Origin: an uncultured Chloroflexia bacterium
GTDB taxonomy: Bacteria > Chloroflexota > Limnocylindria > Limnocylindrales > CSP1-4
Reading direction: 5' to 3'
Length of the DNA stretch: 64,000 nt
Assembly: GCA_963778025.1 (NCBI GenBank)
Contig: CAVZTA010000011.1
Location: 80,452 to 144,451, forward strand
The notes beneath the pieces are model-generated. The model was not told the origin of the DNA, did no database searches, and saw only the letters and a program-made list of their open reading frames with translations. Positions 53,612 through 63,670 of this stretch are shown here, piece by piece; within the stretch, counting starts at the first letter, position 1, and the number at the start of each line of letters is the position of its first letter. Made by a program: the position numbers and the translations under genes.

Positions 53612-53633
53612 GGCGAGGCGAGGCGAGGCGAGG
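53612..53633. repeat. pentanucleotide microsatellite (GGCGA)x4
   Basis: ggcga ggcga ggcga ggcga gg, directly 3' of repeat copy 3 and about 60 nt upstream of the TfoX-like gene. Confidence 0.9.
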
Positions 53634-53690
53634 ACGTCATGACGGCGACCTGGTTGCGGCACGATAGGCGCCACCACGAGGAGGTCCGCC

Positions 53691-54035
53691 ATGGCCTGGG
53701 AGAAGTCGCCGCCCCAGCTGGTCGAGGCGTTCGACGCCGTCCTCGCGCGCTTCCCCGACGCGACGCGACGGCAGATGTTCGGCTACCCGGCCGCGTTCGT
53801 CGGCGGCAACCTCGTCACGAGCCTGTTCCGGGATCGCTGGACCGTGCGGCTGCCCGATGACGAGCGCGCCAAGCTCCTCGAGCTCGACGGTGCCGACCCG
53901 TTCGAGCCGATGGACGGCAAGCCGATGAAGGGCTACGCCCTCCTGCCGAAGGCCACGGCCGACGACGCCGACGGCGCCGCCGCGTGGGTCGAGCGGGCGG
54001 TCGCGTTCGGCCGGACGCTCCCGCCGAAGCGGTGA
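53691..54035 (+). CDS. TfoX/Sxy N-terminal domain family protein
   Basis: ATG 53691 behind GAGGAGG. Motifs RRQMFGYPAAFVGGNLVTSL and MKGYALLP. Confidence 0.65.
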   Translation: MAWEKSPPQLVEAFDAVLARFPDATRRQMFGYPAAFVGGNLVTSLFRDRWTVRLPDDERAKLLELDGADPFEPMDGKPMKGYALLPKATADDADGAAAWVERAVAFGRTLPPKR

Positions 54036-54736
54036 CCTCCGGCGACGCGTTTCGGGAGGCGCGCGCGGCGCGCATCGATGCCGCCCTCGCGCTCACCGCC
54101 CGGGGGCTGATCACGTACGGCGCCATCAGCATCGTCGTCGCTGCCGTGGCGCTGGCGGCGACGCTCGTCGTCGCGATCCGACTCGATGCATCGTCCCATC
54201 GCCTGCTCGACCGGGTCGCCCAGGTCTCGTCCACGCTGGACCGCACCGCCGACGCGATCGACCAGAGCGTCGCCGGCATCCAGCGGATCGGGACGACGCT
54301 GGACACGCTGGGGCCGACCCTGGAGCGGACGACGACCTCGCTCCGATCGGGCTCGGCGACGCTCTCGCAGCTCGCCGCGACCGCCGACCGGGTGTCGCTC
54401 CTCGGCTCGCGCCCGTTCGAGAGCCTCGCGGCCTCGCTCACGTCCACCGCGACCGAGCTGGAAGGCCTCGCGACGTCGGTCGAGGGGAATGCGGCGACGC
54501 TCGATGGGTCGAAGGCGGCGATCGACCGGGTCGCGACGGCGCTGCCACCCGTGGCCACCAGCTTGCGAGCGCTTCGCACGAACCTCGAGCCCGACGTCCG
54601 AGACCTGATCGAGGATGTGTCGCGCCTCGTGCCGCTCGCGGGCATCGCGTTCACGCTGTGGCTCGGCCTGCCAGGCGTGGGTGCGCTCTTCCTGGGCCGG
54701 CGGCTGCGGCAGGCACTGGGCGCCGGTCGGGTGTGA
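54032..54736 (+). CDS. hypothetical membrane-anchored helical-repeat protein
   Basis: GTG 54032 overlaps the upstream stop (GTGA). N- and C-terminal TM helices flank Ser/Thr/Ala/Leu-rich helical repeats (STLDRTADAIDQSVAGIQRIGTTLDTLGPTLERTTTSL...). Confidence 0.5.
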   Translation: MTSGDAFREARAARIDAALALTARGLITYGAISIVVAAVALAATLVVAIRLDASSHRLLDRVAQVSSTLDRTADAIDQSVAGIQRIGTTLDTLGPTLERTTTSLRSGSATLSQLAATADRVSLLGSRPFESLAASLTSTATELEGLATSVEGNAATLDGSKAAIDRVATALPPVATSLRALRTNLEPDVRDLIEDVSRLVPLAGIAFTLWLGLPGVGALFLGRRLRQALGAGRV

Positions 54737-54809
54737 CGACGCCCCGCCCGGCGGACCGGACGGGGCGTCGTGGGGATGGCGGATCCGCGGACCTCGCGGC
54801 CCGCCGCGC

Positions 54810-56207
54810 TCAGCCGGCCGTCGCCAGAGGCCGGATGTTCTGGTTCCGATGGAACACGTTGGTCGGGTCCCAGCGGCGCTTGATCGCGGCGAGGCGCTCA
54901 TAGGTGGAGCCCGGGTAGGCCTGCCGGATGCGCGCCTCGCCCTCGTCGTGGAGGAAGTTCGAGTACACGCCCGTCCGCTTGTCGCCGAACGCCTTGGCGA
55001 GGTAGTCGGCGACCCAGCCGATGACCGGCATCGGGTTCCCGTCGTGCGCGGCGAGGACCATGATCATCAGCTTCGCGTCGCGATGCGCCGAACGCCGTGG
55101 CGTCGGCGGGGACACGGGCCATCGCGCCGCCCAGCGGCCGGATCTGGGTGAACACGAACGGGATCGAGGGGTCGGCGTGCCGCGCGAGGAGCTCGTCGAT
55201 CGCCGCGTCGTCGAACTCGTTGATGAACGTCGACTGGCCGGCCAGCGGCGGCATCCCGTCTTCGCTGCCGCCGGTCAGCTCGTAGATCGCCGGGTACGGC
55301 ATCGGGCCCACCATGTCGACGATGGGCTCCGCCAGCGCGCGGAACGGGCGCGAGGGCCTCCGCGCCCGACTCGGCGTCGCCGGCATGGACCAGGGTGAGC
55401 ATCAGCGACGGCGTGCCGACCGCCTCCGGCGGCACGACGGGCAGCGGCGGCAGGGGCATCGCGAACGCGATGATCGTCAGCTCCTCGGGCGCCTGCGGCG
55501 CCGAGGTCGACGAGCCCGCGCACGGTCTCCTTCGTCAGCGGCAGGACGAGCGCGCCGCCGTAGACCATGCCGACATCGTGGAGCCGGTAGCGGAACCGGG
55601 TGACGACCCCGAAGTTGCCGCCGCCGCCGCGGACGGCCCAGAAGAGGTCCTGGTTCTCGTCGGCGCTCGCGTTGACGATCCGGCCGTCGGCCGTGACGAG
55701 CTCCACCGCGAGCAGGCTGTCGATCGCCAGGCCGTGCTTGCGCACGAGGTAGCCGATGCCGCCGCCGAGCGTGAGGCCGGCGATGCCCACCGACGGCGAG
55801 TCGCCGAACGGCGTCGCGAGGCCGAACTCGGCCGCCGCCTTCGTGTACTCGCCCGCCGTCAGGCCGGCACCGGCCCACGCGACCTTGGCCGCGGGATCGA
55901 TGTGGAGGCTCTTGAGCTCGGTGGTGTCGATGACCACGCCGTCGTCGACCATCGAGTGGCCGGGGATGCTGTGCCCGCCGCTGCGGACCGCGAGCTCGAG
56001 GCCGCTCGCCCGGGCGAACCGGATCGTCCGCGCCACGTCCTGCGCGTCGGCGACCCGGACGATGGCCGCGGGACGGCGATCGATGGTCGGGTCGTGGAGC
56101 TTGCGCGCGTCGTCGTACGCGGCGTCGCCCGGCAGGATGACGTGTCCGCGCAGGGTCGAGCCGAAGGCGGCGAAGTCGGGAGAGGCGGGCGGCAGCAGGG
56201 CTTCCAT
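54810..56207 (-). pseudogene. FAD-binding (PCMH/FAD_binding_4, BBE-type C-terminus) oxidoreductase, three +1 frame switches (~55493, ~55347, ~55087)
   Basis: Four collinear pieces: RPAAIVRVADAQDVARTIRFA...VRSGGHS...GGIGYLVRKHG...WAVRGGGGNFGVVT; APEELTIIAFAMPLPPLP...LVHAGDAESGAEALAP; FRALAEPIVDMVGPMPYPAIYEL...IRPLGGAMARVPADATAFG; HRDAKLMIMVLAAH...YSNFLHDEG...LAAIKRRWDPTNVFHRNQNI. Confidence 0.8.
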
Positions 56208-56470
56208 GGGGGGCGGCTCCTAGGGTCGTGCGATGGGGAGTGGTGGGGCGCGAGGAGCGCGGGGCGGCGAGTGAGCCCATGCTCGCCGCGCGCCCGGGCC
56301 GGGTCAGCCGTCGTGCGCCACCACGCCCGGCCGACGTCCGTGCGCAGCCGGGATGGACATCCGTCCATGGTTCGAGCCCGCGTCCGGGCCGTGTCGATTC
56401 CGGGCCGGGTGGTTCGTCGAGGGGATGACGGCGGCCGAAGGTCGCTGACGGATCAGCGAGGAGGCCCCAG

Positions 56471-56806
56471 ATGGGCACCAAGATCATCCACGTCGAGGTC
56501 ATCGGGAACGACGGCGGCGCGCTGCAGGACTTCTACTCGAAGGTCTTCGGCTGGTCGCTCGACACGAACAACCCGGGCGGCTACGGCCTGTACCGCGAGG
56601 GCGACCTGACCGCGGGCGTCGGCGCGGCCCAGAACGGGCAGCCCGGCCACGTGACCTTCTACGTCCACAGCGACGATCCCAAGGGCACGCTCGACCAGGT
56701 CGAGGCGAACGGCGGCCGCGTGATCATGCCGCTCACCGAGGTCGCCCCGGAGACGACCGTCGCGCTGTTCAGCGACCCGGAGGGCCACGTCGTCGGCCTC
56801 ATGTAG
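56471..56806 (+). CDS. VOC-family (glyoxalase-like) protein
   Basis: ATG 56471 behind GAGGAGG. Motifs HVEVIGNDGGALQDFYSKVFGW and LFSDPEGHVVGLM. Confidence 0.75.
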   Translation: MGTKIIHVEVIGNDGGALQDFYSKVFGWSLDTNNPGGYGLYREGDLTAGVGAAQNGQPGHVTFYVHSDDPKGTLDQVEANGGRVIMPLTEVAPETTVALFSDPEGHVVGLM

Positions 56807-56827
56807 GCGCTTCTGCAGATCTCAACC

Positions 56828-56869
56828 GGGCCGGCTCGCGGAGGGGGCGGGCCGGCCCTTTCTGTGTCT
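56828..56869 (+). terminator. intrinsic terminator candidate
   Basis: GGGCCGGC-(15 nt)-GCCGGCCC, followed by TTTCTGTGTCT, starting 22 nt after the VOC stop. Confidence 0.6.
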
Positions 56870-57141
56870 CGGTCGTTCGGCGCATCGCGGCCGCGGCCCC
56901 GGACCAGCCGATCGCTCGATGTCCACGACGAGCGCGCTGGTCACGCTGCCGGTGGCGCACCCCTGGGCGACGTGACGAGCGCGGAGCCGCTGGGAGCTGA
57001 GCAGCCGGATCGCTCAGGGGCGGCCGGGCGACTGGCTTCGGGCCGGTCTCGATGGGTGACACCCATGGCCGGCGACGACGCATCCGCGTCAGACCACCCA
57101 TTCGAGTGGTTCCCTACCCTGGATCCGTGCCGTGGCAACCG

Positions 57142-57624
57142 ATGTCGCTTGCCATCGAGACCGAGCGACTCACCCTCCGGCTCCGCGACGAGCGCGACGC
57201 AGCGTGGTACCGGGAGCTGATCGCCGAGCGTGGGCAGGACATGCCGTCGCTCGAAGAGGCGACCACTCGCCTCGCGCGATTCCGCGATCTCACGACCGAG
57301 ATCGGCATCGGTGCCCTCGCGATCTGTCGTCGCGCGGAAGGCGACGTGATCGGCTACTGCGCCCTCGTCGTGGGCCGTTGCAGCCTGGACGAACCGGAAC
57401 TCGCCTACGAGCTGCTTCGCCGATTCCACGGACGTGGCTATGCCACGGAAGCGGCACGAGCCCTCGTGGACGCCGCGGCCGCGACGGGTCGACATCGTCT
57501 GTGGTCGACTGTGCGGCCCTGGAACGCGGCGTCACTCCGCGTGCTCGAGAAGGTCGGGTTCCGGAGGGATCACATCGCCACCGACGATGACGGCGACGTG
57601 GTCTACCTCGTGCGCGACCTGTAA
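57142..57624 (+). CDS. GNAT N-acetyltransferase (RimJ/RimL-like)
   Basis: IETERLTLRL..., CALVVG..., ELAYELLRRFHGRGYATEAARALV, NAASLRVLEKVGF. Start ATG 57142 (GTG 57127 also possible). Confidence 0.7.
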   Translation: MSLAIETERLTLRLRDERDAAWYRELIAERGQDMPSLEEATTRLARFRDLTTEIGIGALAICRRAEGDVIGYCALVVGRCSLDEPELAYELLRRFHGRGYATEAARALVDAAAATGRHRLWSTVRPWNAASLRVLEKVGFRRDHIATDDDGDVVYLVRDL

Positions 57625-57774
57625 GTCGGTCGCGCAGGCTCCCAGGATCAGCATCGTCCGGTCGCAAAGCGTCATGTGTCCGGACCGGCCGGCCGCGAAG
57701 TCGCACACCATGAACGACGTCGCATGCGGTCCGCGGGTATCTCGCTGGATGCGCGCCGGCGTCCGAGCGTCAGC

Positions 57775-58275
57775 CTAATGTGGCAGACCCTGGACCTCGG
57801 CCTTGAGCGCATCGAGCTTGGCATTCAGGCCCGCTATCGCTTGCTGTTGTTCGGCCGCCAGCGTGTCGAGTCTGGATGCGAGGTCAGCCAAGTCGGCGCG
57901 GACCGTCGGCAGGAAGTCCATCACGTTCTTGAGCACAGCCTCGATGCGACCGAATGCCTGATCGTCGATCCCGCGGCTGTCGTTGACCGCGGTCTCGACC
58001 CGACCAGCGGTCTGCTTGATGTCGTTGATCTCCGTCTCGAGCCGGCCGAGCGTGACGTCGTTCACCGCATCGAGGAGCGTGGCCGTCTCCCTCAGCGTCG
58101 TCAGGGCCTGAGAAGACGCGTCGCGCGCCTGTTGCGCAACGTGATAGGTCCTCGGGACCAGACCCGGGAACGACCCCGCTTGGCCCATACCGTTGGTGAT
58201 CGCGTCCGGTGGCGTCCGGAAGAGCGCGTCGAGCAGCATCGACGTGTCACGGAAGACGTCGTCGGTCGAGGCCAT
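57775..58275 (-). CDS. orphan coiled-coil hypothetical protein
   Basis: ATG 58275 with GGAGGA 7 nt upstream. Heptad-like helical sequence (LETEINDIKQTAGRVETAVND...LADLASRLDTLAAEQQQAIAGLNAKLDALKAEVQGL). Visibly lower GC, and non-coding flanks of about 150 and 330 bp. Confidence 0.5.
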   Translation of the reverse strand: MASTDDVFRDTSMLLDALFRTPPDAITNGMGQAGSFPGLVPRTYHVAQQARDASSQALTTLRETATLLDAVNDVTLGRLETEINDIKQTAGRVETAVNDSRGIDDQAFGRIEAVLKNVMDFLPTVRADLADLASRLDTLAAEQQQAIAGLNAKLDALKAEVQGLPH

Positions 58276-58604
58276 CGCCAATTCCTCCATGAGCAGGGCT
58301 CGGCGCGATCGAAGGGCGGGTTCGGCGCACGCTACCACCGCTTCTTGACCGCCGGGGTGCGCCCGCCACCGATCGTGCTGCGCGAACGGATTCCGAAGCA
58401 GTGCGAGCGGCGCGGACCGTACGGTAAGTGCCCGGGTGAGCGCTCGTCACGGCCGACGGTACGCGTCGACGGTGATCACGCGTGGGCGGGCGACTGGATC
58501 GGGCCAGATGCTGTGCCGGGCGAGCAGGTGACGGGATCGGCGTGACGAGTGCTCGCCTGGGGCACGTCGGGCAGAAACGGGGCGACGGCCTCAAGCGACG
58601 GGTC

Positions 58605-60332
58605 TCAGCCGATCGGCGACGACGACGCCGTGGCCGGCTCCGGCTCCGCGCGACCCGCGGCCTCGGGCGGCTCCGTCACGCCGTGCCGGTAGAACGGGAT
58701 CGGCTCCGGCGGCAGGGGCGTGTCGCCGCGGATCAGGTCGGCCGCCTTTTCGGCGACCATCATCACCGGGGCGTAGATGTTGCCGTTGGTGATGCACGGG
58801 AAGACCGAGGCGTCGACGACCCGCAGCCCGTCGACCCCGTGGACCCGCATCGTCAGCGGATCGACGACGTCGCCCGCTCCCACGCCCATGCGCGTGGTGC
58901 ACGACGGGTGGAGTGCGGTCTCGGCGTCCCGTGCCACCCAGTCGAGGATCTCCTCGTCACTCGACACCGACGGCGCCCGGCGACAGCTCCCCGGTCGAAT
59001 ACGGCTCGAAGGCCGGCTGCCGCAGGATGCGCCGCGCGACGCGGATCGCCTCGACCCACTCGCGCTTGTCCTGGTCGGTCGACAGGTAGTTGAACCGCAG
59101 CGCGGGATGCACGGTCGGGTCGGCGGACACGATCCGCACCGAGCCTTCGGCGTCCGAGTACATCGGCCCCACGTGCACCTGGTAACCGTGGGCGCTGGGC
59201 GCCGGATGTGCCGTCGTAGCGGATCGCGAGCGGCAGGAAGTGGAACATCAGGTTGGGATATTCGACGTCGTCGTTGGAGCGCACGAACCCGCCCGCCTCG
59301 AAGTGGTTCGTCGCGCCCGGGCCGGATCGGCGGAACAGCCACTCGGCGCCGATGAACGGACGCCGCCACAGCTCGGTCGCGTGCGGCTGCATCGAGACCG
59401 GTTCTCGTGAGCCGTACTGGATGTAGACCTCGAGGTGGTCCTGGAGGTGCTCGCCGACGCCCGGCAGGTCCGCGACGACCCGGACACCGTGCTCCGCCAG
59501 GAGCGAGGACGGTCCCACCCCCGACAGCTGCAGCAGCTGCGGCGTGTTGAACGCCCCACCCGCAGCAGGATCTCGCCGCCCTCGATCCGCTCCGAGCCGC
59601 CACCCAGCGCCGGCACCTCCACGGCCACGGCGCGCCGACCTGAGAACACCACGCGCGTCACCAGCGTCGACGTCCGCAGCTTGAGGTTCCGGCGACGAAG
59701 CACCGGGTGGAGGTACGCCCGCGCCGCCGACAGCCGGCGCCCGTGCCGGATGTTCCGGTCGAATGCCGCGAACCCCTCCTGCCGATAGCCGTTCACGTCG
59801 TCGGTCAGGGAATAGCCGGCCTGGACCGCGGCCTCGAACCAGGCCTGGAACAGGGGTGAGTCGCCGGCCCCCGCTCCAGCCCGAGCGGCCCGCCGTGGCC
59901 GCGCCACGGGTCATCAGGCGCCGCTGCGGTGCAGTCCTCCATCCGCTTGAAGTACGGCAGGCAGTGCGCGTACGACCAGGTCTCCATCCCGGGCTCGGAC
60001 GCCCAGCGCTCGTAGTCCAGTGGGTTGCCGCGCTGGAAGATCATCCCGTTGATCGAGCTGGACCCGCCCAGGACCTTGCCGCGCGCGTGAAAGATGCGGC
60101 GTCCGCCCATGAACGGCTCGGGCTCGGACTCGTACTGCCAGTCGTAGAAGCGCGACCCGATGGGGAACGTCAGCGCCGCCGGCATGTGGATGAACGGGTC
60201 GATCCGCCAATCCGTGCGACCGGCCTCGATCACCAGCACCGACGTCGACGGATCGGCCGACAGGCGGTTCGCCAGCGCGCACCCCGCCGAGCCGCCGCCG
60301 ACGATGATCACGTCGTACCGCTGGTCCGCCAT
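58605..60332 (-). pseudogene. GMC-family oxidoreductase (choline dehydrogenase-like), four frame switches (~59866 -1, ~59563 -1, ~59202 +1, ~58972 +1)
   Basis: Five collinear pieces: [25 protein letters not shown]...[15 protein letters not shown]; [31 protein letters not shown]; [16 protein letters not shown]...[11 protein letters not shown]...[12 protein letters not shown]; [29 protein letters not shown]; [27 protein letters not shown]...VDASVFPCITNGNIYAPVMMVAEKAAD. Confidence 0.85.
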
Positions 60333-60563
60333 CCTCGCCTCGCGTGTCCGCCACACGGGCGCTTCGGCGGGCGATGCTAGCAGCGCAGAGCGACACCCGT
60401 CTCGCCGTGCCGGCACACCGAACGGCAACCTTGTCGCCGCCGCCGATGCCGACCTTGACCGGGTCGCCGCCTACGGTGGACTCGCCGCGCTCTCGCTACC
60501 GCTCATGGCGGGTCCTCCTCCGGGGACGCGGCTCCTCCCCCTGATCCCTCACCGAGGTCTCCC

Positions 60564-60824
60564 ATGCATCGGCACGCCCGCCTGGTCGATGCCATCGACC
60601 GCGCCCACACCCGCACCCCGATCTGTCACACGTGCGGCGAGCCCACGCGGATCGTCACGCGCGACCGCTCGCTGTGGCTTGTCTGCAGCAGCCGCGACCC
60701 GCTCCCGCGAGGCATCCTTGGGCTGCTCCGCCAGCTCATCCCTCACCACGACGAGCTCGTCGTCGAGTACCTCGAGCCCGAGCAGTCCTTCGTGGCCCGG
60801 CGTTCGGCGCTGCGTCTCGTGTGA
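60564..60824 (+). CDS. small hypothetical protein (86 aa)
   Basis: ORF with GC-rich third positions. Single CHTC motif. No family recognised and the SD (GAGG) is weak. Confidence 0.35.
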   Translation: MHRHARLVDAIDRAHTRTPICHTCGEPTRIVTRDRSLWLVCSSRDPLPRGILGLLRQLIPHHDELVVEYLEPEQSFVARRSALRLV

Positions 60825-60838
60825 GCGGACGTCGGCCC

Positions 60839-62149
60839 TCAGCGGCGGCGCGCCGGCGCCATCGCGCCACCCACCCGGCCGCTCGCAGCGCCCGTGGTCG
60901 CCGACCCGGCCGCCGCCTGGCGTCGCTCGATCGCGCGGAGCCAGGCGAGCGCGAACAGCCCGAACACGACCGCCGACACGCCGCTGGCGACCATCGTGAG
61001 CGCGGGGCCGATCGTCGACGCCAGCCAGCCGATGAGGAGGCCGCCGAACGGGGTCGAGCCGACGAACACCGTCGTGTAGACCGCGCTCACGCGGCCCCGG
61101 AGCACGTCCGGGACGTTGAGCTGGATGGTGGTGTTGGCGGACGTCGCCATGAGGATCGCCCCGAAGCCCGCGGTGAACATCAGCGCCAGGCACAGCGCGT
61201 ACAGCGTCGTGAACCCGAGCGCGATCTCCGCGAGACCCAGGACCACCGCGCCGAGGCACAGGATCAGCGGCTTCGCGCGCCCGCCGAACGCGAGCCACAA
61301 CGCCGCCGTGAGCGACCCGGCGCCGCTGGCCGCCATCAGGAAGCCGAAGCCATCCGCCCCGACCCGGAGCGTCGATGCGGCGAAGGGTGGGATGAGCACC
61401 TGGAAGTTCATGGCCACCGTCGACACGACCCCGACGGTCACGGTGGCCAGCAACACGATCGGCGTCGTGCGGACGTATGAGAGGCCCTCGCGCAGCGACT
61501 CGCGGACGGCCGCGAACGACGACGGCCGCTGTGGCCGGACGCCACTGCCGAGCAGGTCCTCCTCGCGCATGAGCAGGAGGCCGACGATGACGGCGAGGAA
61601 GCTCACCGCGTCGAACAGGAAGGCGGGGGCGATGCCGACGGTCGCGATGACGATGCCGCCGATGGCCGGGCCGATGACCCGCGCCCCGTTGAACATCGCG
61701 GAGTTCAGGGCGACAGCGTTCGCCATGTCCTCACGTCCGACCATCTCGATCCCGAATGACTGCCGGACGGGCATGTCGACGGCGTTCGCGATGCCCAGCG
61801 CGAGCGCCAGCAGCACAAGCATCCAGATCTGGATCGCGCCTGTCACGACCAGCAGGAAGACGATGAACGCGAGGACCATCTTCGTGATCTGCGTCGCGAG
61901 CAGGAGCCGGCGCTTCGGCCACGAGTCGGCGATGACGCCGGCGAAGATGCCGAACAGCAGGACCGGCAGGAACTGCGCGGCCACGATGACGCCCAGCCAG
62001 ATCGGGTCATGGGTCAGCGTCAGGACGAGCCACGACTGGGCGACCTGCTGCATCCATGTGCCGATGAGCGAGATCGCCTGGCCGCCGAAGAACAGCCGGT
62101 AGCTCCGGTGGCGGAACGCGCGCAGTCCGTCGATGGCGCCCAGCGTCAC
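60839..62149 (-). CDS. MFS transporter (MFS_3/EntS-like)
   Basis: 436-aa intact ORF with 12 TM helices (FRHRSYRLFFGGQAISLIGTWMQ...). Start overlaps the stop of the upstream MerR gene. Confidence 0.8.
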   Translation of the reverse strand: MTLGAIDGLRAFRHRSYRLFFGGQAISLIGTWMQQVAQSWLVLTLTHDPIWLGVIVAAQFLPVLLFGIFAGVIADSWPKRRLLLATQITKMVLAFIVFLLVVTGAIQIWMLVLLALALGIANAVDMPVRQSFGIEMVGREDMANAVALNSAMFNGARVIGPAIGGIVIATVGIAPAFLFDAVSFLAVIVGLLLMREEDLLGSGVRPQRPSSFAAVRESLREGLSYVRTTPIVLLATVTVGVVSTVAMNFQVLIPPFAASTLRVGADGFGFLMAASGAGSLTAALWLAFGGRAKPLILCLGAVVLGLAEIALGFTTLYALCLALMFTAGFGAILMATSANTTIQLNVPDVLRGRVSAVYTTVFVGSTPFGGLLIGWLASTIGPALTMVASGVSAVVFGLFALAWLRAIERRQAAAGSATTGAASGRVGGAMAPARRR

Positions 62150-62730
62150 TGGTCCGCCTCGCGGCCATGCGGGTGGGCCGGTCCAGCGGCGTGGGGCTCA
62201 GGGGCGCCGTGCGGACCCGGGCCGCCGTGCGGATCCGGGCCGCCGTCGAGCTCGGCAAGGTGCGCCTCGAGGTGGCGCCGCCGCTCGGTCGCCTCGTCGA
62301 TCATCGCGGCGAGACGCTCGGCCTTGTGACGAAGGGTGTCGATCTGGCGATCCGCGCGGGCGAGCGATTCGCCCAGCAGCCGGCGTTGCTCGGCGGGATC
62401 GTCGGTGGAGCGATAGCGGGCGCGGACGGCGCGGCGCGCCGCCTCGTCCTCGAGCAGCTGGCGGATCTCGGCGAGCGAGAACCCTGCGTCGTCGCGCAGT
62501 CCCTTGATGAACCGGAGCTGCTCGAGGTCGCCCGGGTCGTACAGCCGGTACGACCCCTCCGAGCGAGCCGCGGGCCGGAGCAGCCCGACCTCTTCGTAAT
62601 AGCGGATGGCCCGCGTCGTCAGGCCGATCTCGTCGGCGACCTCCTGGATGCGCAGGAAGCGGTCGGGTTCGGCGTGGTGATCCGGCTCCGGGGTGGTGAT
62701 CGTGGGCGCGGGGGCAAGTCGGGCGGGCAC
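62146..62730 (-). CDS. MerR-family transcriptional regulator with His/Pro/Gly-rich tail
   Basis: HTH: LRIQEVADEIGLTTRAIRYYEEVGLL. Coiled-coil dimerisation helix. C-terminal GPDPHGGPGPHGAPEPHAAGPAHPHG. GTG 62730 lies 7 nt after a TAGACT -10 (leaderless-type). Confidence 0.8.
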   Translation of the reverse strand: MPARLAPAPTITTPEPDHHAEPDRFLRIQEVADEIGLTTRAIRYYEEVGLLRPAARSEGSYRLYDPGDLEQLRFIKGLRDDAGFSLAEIRQLLEDEAARRAVRARYRSTDDPAEQRRLLGESLARADRQIDTLRHKAERLAAMIDEATERRRHLEAHLAELDGGPDPHGGPGPHGAPEPHAAGPAHPHGREADQ

Positions 62731-62736
62731 ATCAGC

Positions 62737-62769
62737 AGTCTATCGAACCTTAACGTTGACGTAAAGGTT
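62737..62769 (-). promoter_or_regulatory. promoter plus 24-bp dyad upstream of the merR-MFS operon
   Basis: Transcribed strand: AACCTTTACG-TCAA-CGTTAAGGTT (9 of 10 arm match, 62746-62769), then TAGACT (62737-62742) and GTG. The dyad spans the -35/spacer region as in MerR-type promoters. Confidence 0.55.
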
Positions 62770-63554
62770 ACAGACCGCTCTCGACCGCCCGCCGATAGTG
62801 CGGCAGGAGGCTGTCCCAGCCGCCGAAGTTCCGGTCGCGCCAATCGCGGCCGCGTTCGACACCCAGGCGCTCCCAGCCACGATGCTCGATCTCGACGCGG
62901 GTCGCCGCCGCCGGCCGGCACGAAGCGGATCTCGACGTCGGTCGCGTCCGCGCGGTCGATCCGGAGGTGCCACGTGTACGCGAAGCGGCCGGGTGGCTCC
63001 CAGACCGTGATCGACCCCCAGTCGTGCTCGTCGCCCCCGCGCGTCCGTTCGAAGATGCGGCCACCGACGCGCGGTTCCAGGACGACGTGGAGGTCGGCGT
63101 CGCCGGTGACCGTGTGATCGGCGGGCCACCAGGTCGCGATGCGCTCCGTCCAGGTGCTGAACGCGTGCTCGGGCGGGCACGCGACCTCGAACGAGAGCGG
63201 ATGGATCGGCTCGATGGCCTCGTGGGTCGTCATCGGTCGGGGCTCCGTGGTGTTCTCAGCCATGAGCCGGAAGCGGGCGGCGGCGTCCCCCCAGACCTGC
63301 TCGAGGTAGCGCCGGACCGCCTCGACGCCCGCGTCGTGCAGCCGGTAGATCCGGCGCGTGCCCTGAGGCTCCTCGACGACGAGGCCCGCGGCCTTCAGCA
63401 GGCGCAGGTGGCGCGACACCGCGGGGCGGCTGATGGGCAGGACGCTGGCGAGCTCGCCGACCGACCGGCCATCGCGCGCCAGGAGCTCGACGATCGCGCG
63501 CCGGTGCGGGTCGCCGAGGGCGTCGAACGGATCGCCGCGCAACGGATCGGCCAT
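62768..63554 (-). pseudogene. ArsR/SmtB-family HTH fused in one ORF to an SRPBCC/AHSA1-like domain, one +1 frame switch (~62905)
   Basis: ATG 63554. ArsR part: LGDPHRRAIVELLARDGRSVGELASVLPISRPAVSRHLRLLKAAGLV. With no stop, the SRPBCC part follows: FEVACPPEHAFSTWTERIATWWP...ITVWEPPGRFAYTW. The tail ATRVEIEHRGWERLG...GWDSLLPHYRRAVESGL* is in ORF 62768..63064. Confidence 0.7.
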
Positions 63555-63569
63555 CCCGAGACGGTAACA

Positions 63570-63622
63570 GGAAGGTGACCATGCGCCACGGCTGGTTGGA
63601 GACGCCAAGGTGGAAGGTGACC
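63570..63622. repeat. two exact 11-bp direct repeats GGAAGGTGACC in the divergent arsR/helicase spacer
   Basis: 63570-63580 and 63612-63622, 42 bp apart. Candidate regulator sites, function unknown. Confidence 0.6.
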
Positions 63623-63670
63623 CGGTCGACCGCGATGCGACTCGACGCATGCACCGTGCGACGATGACCC

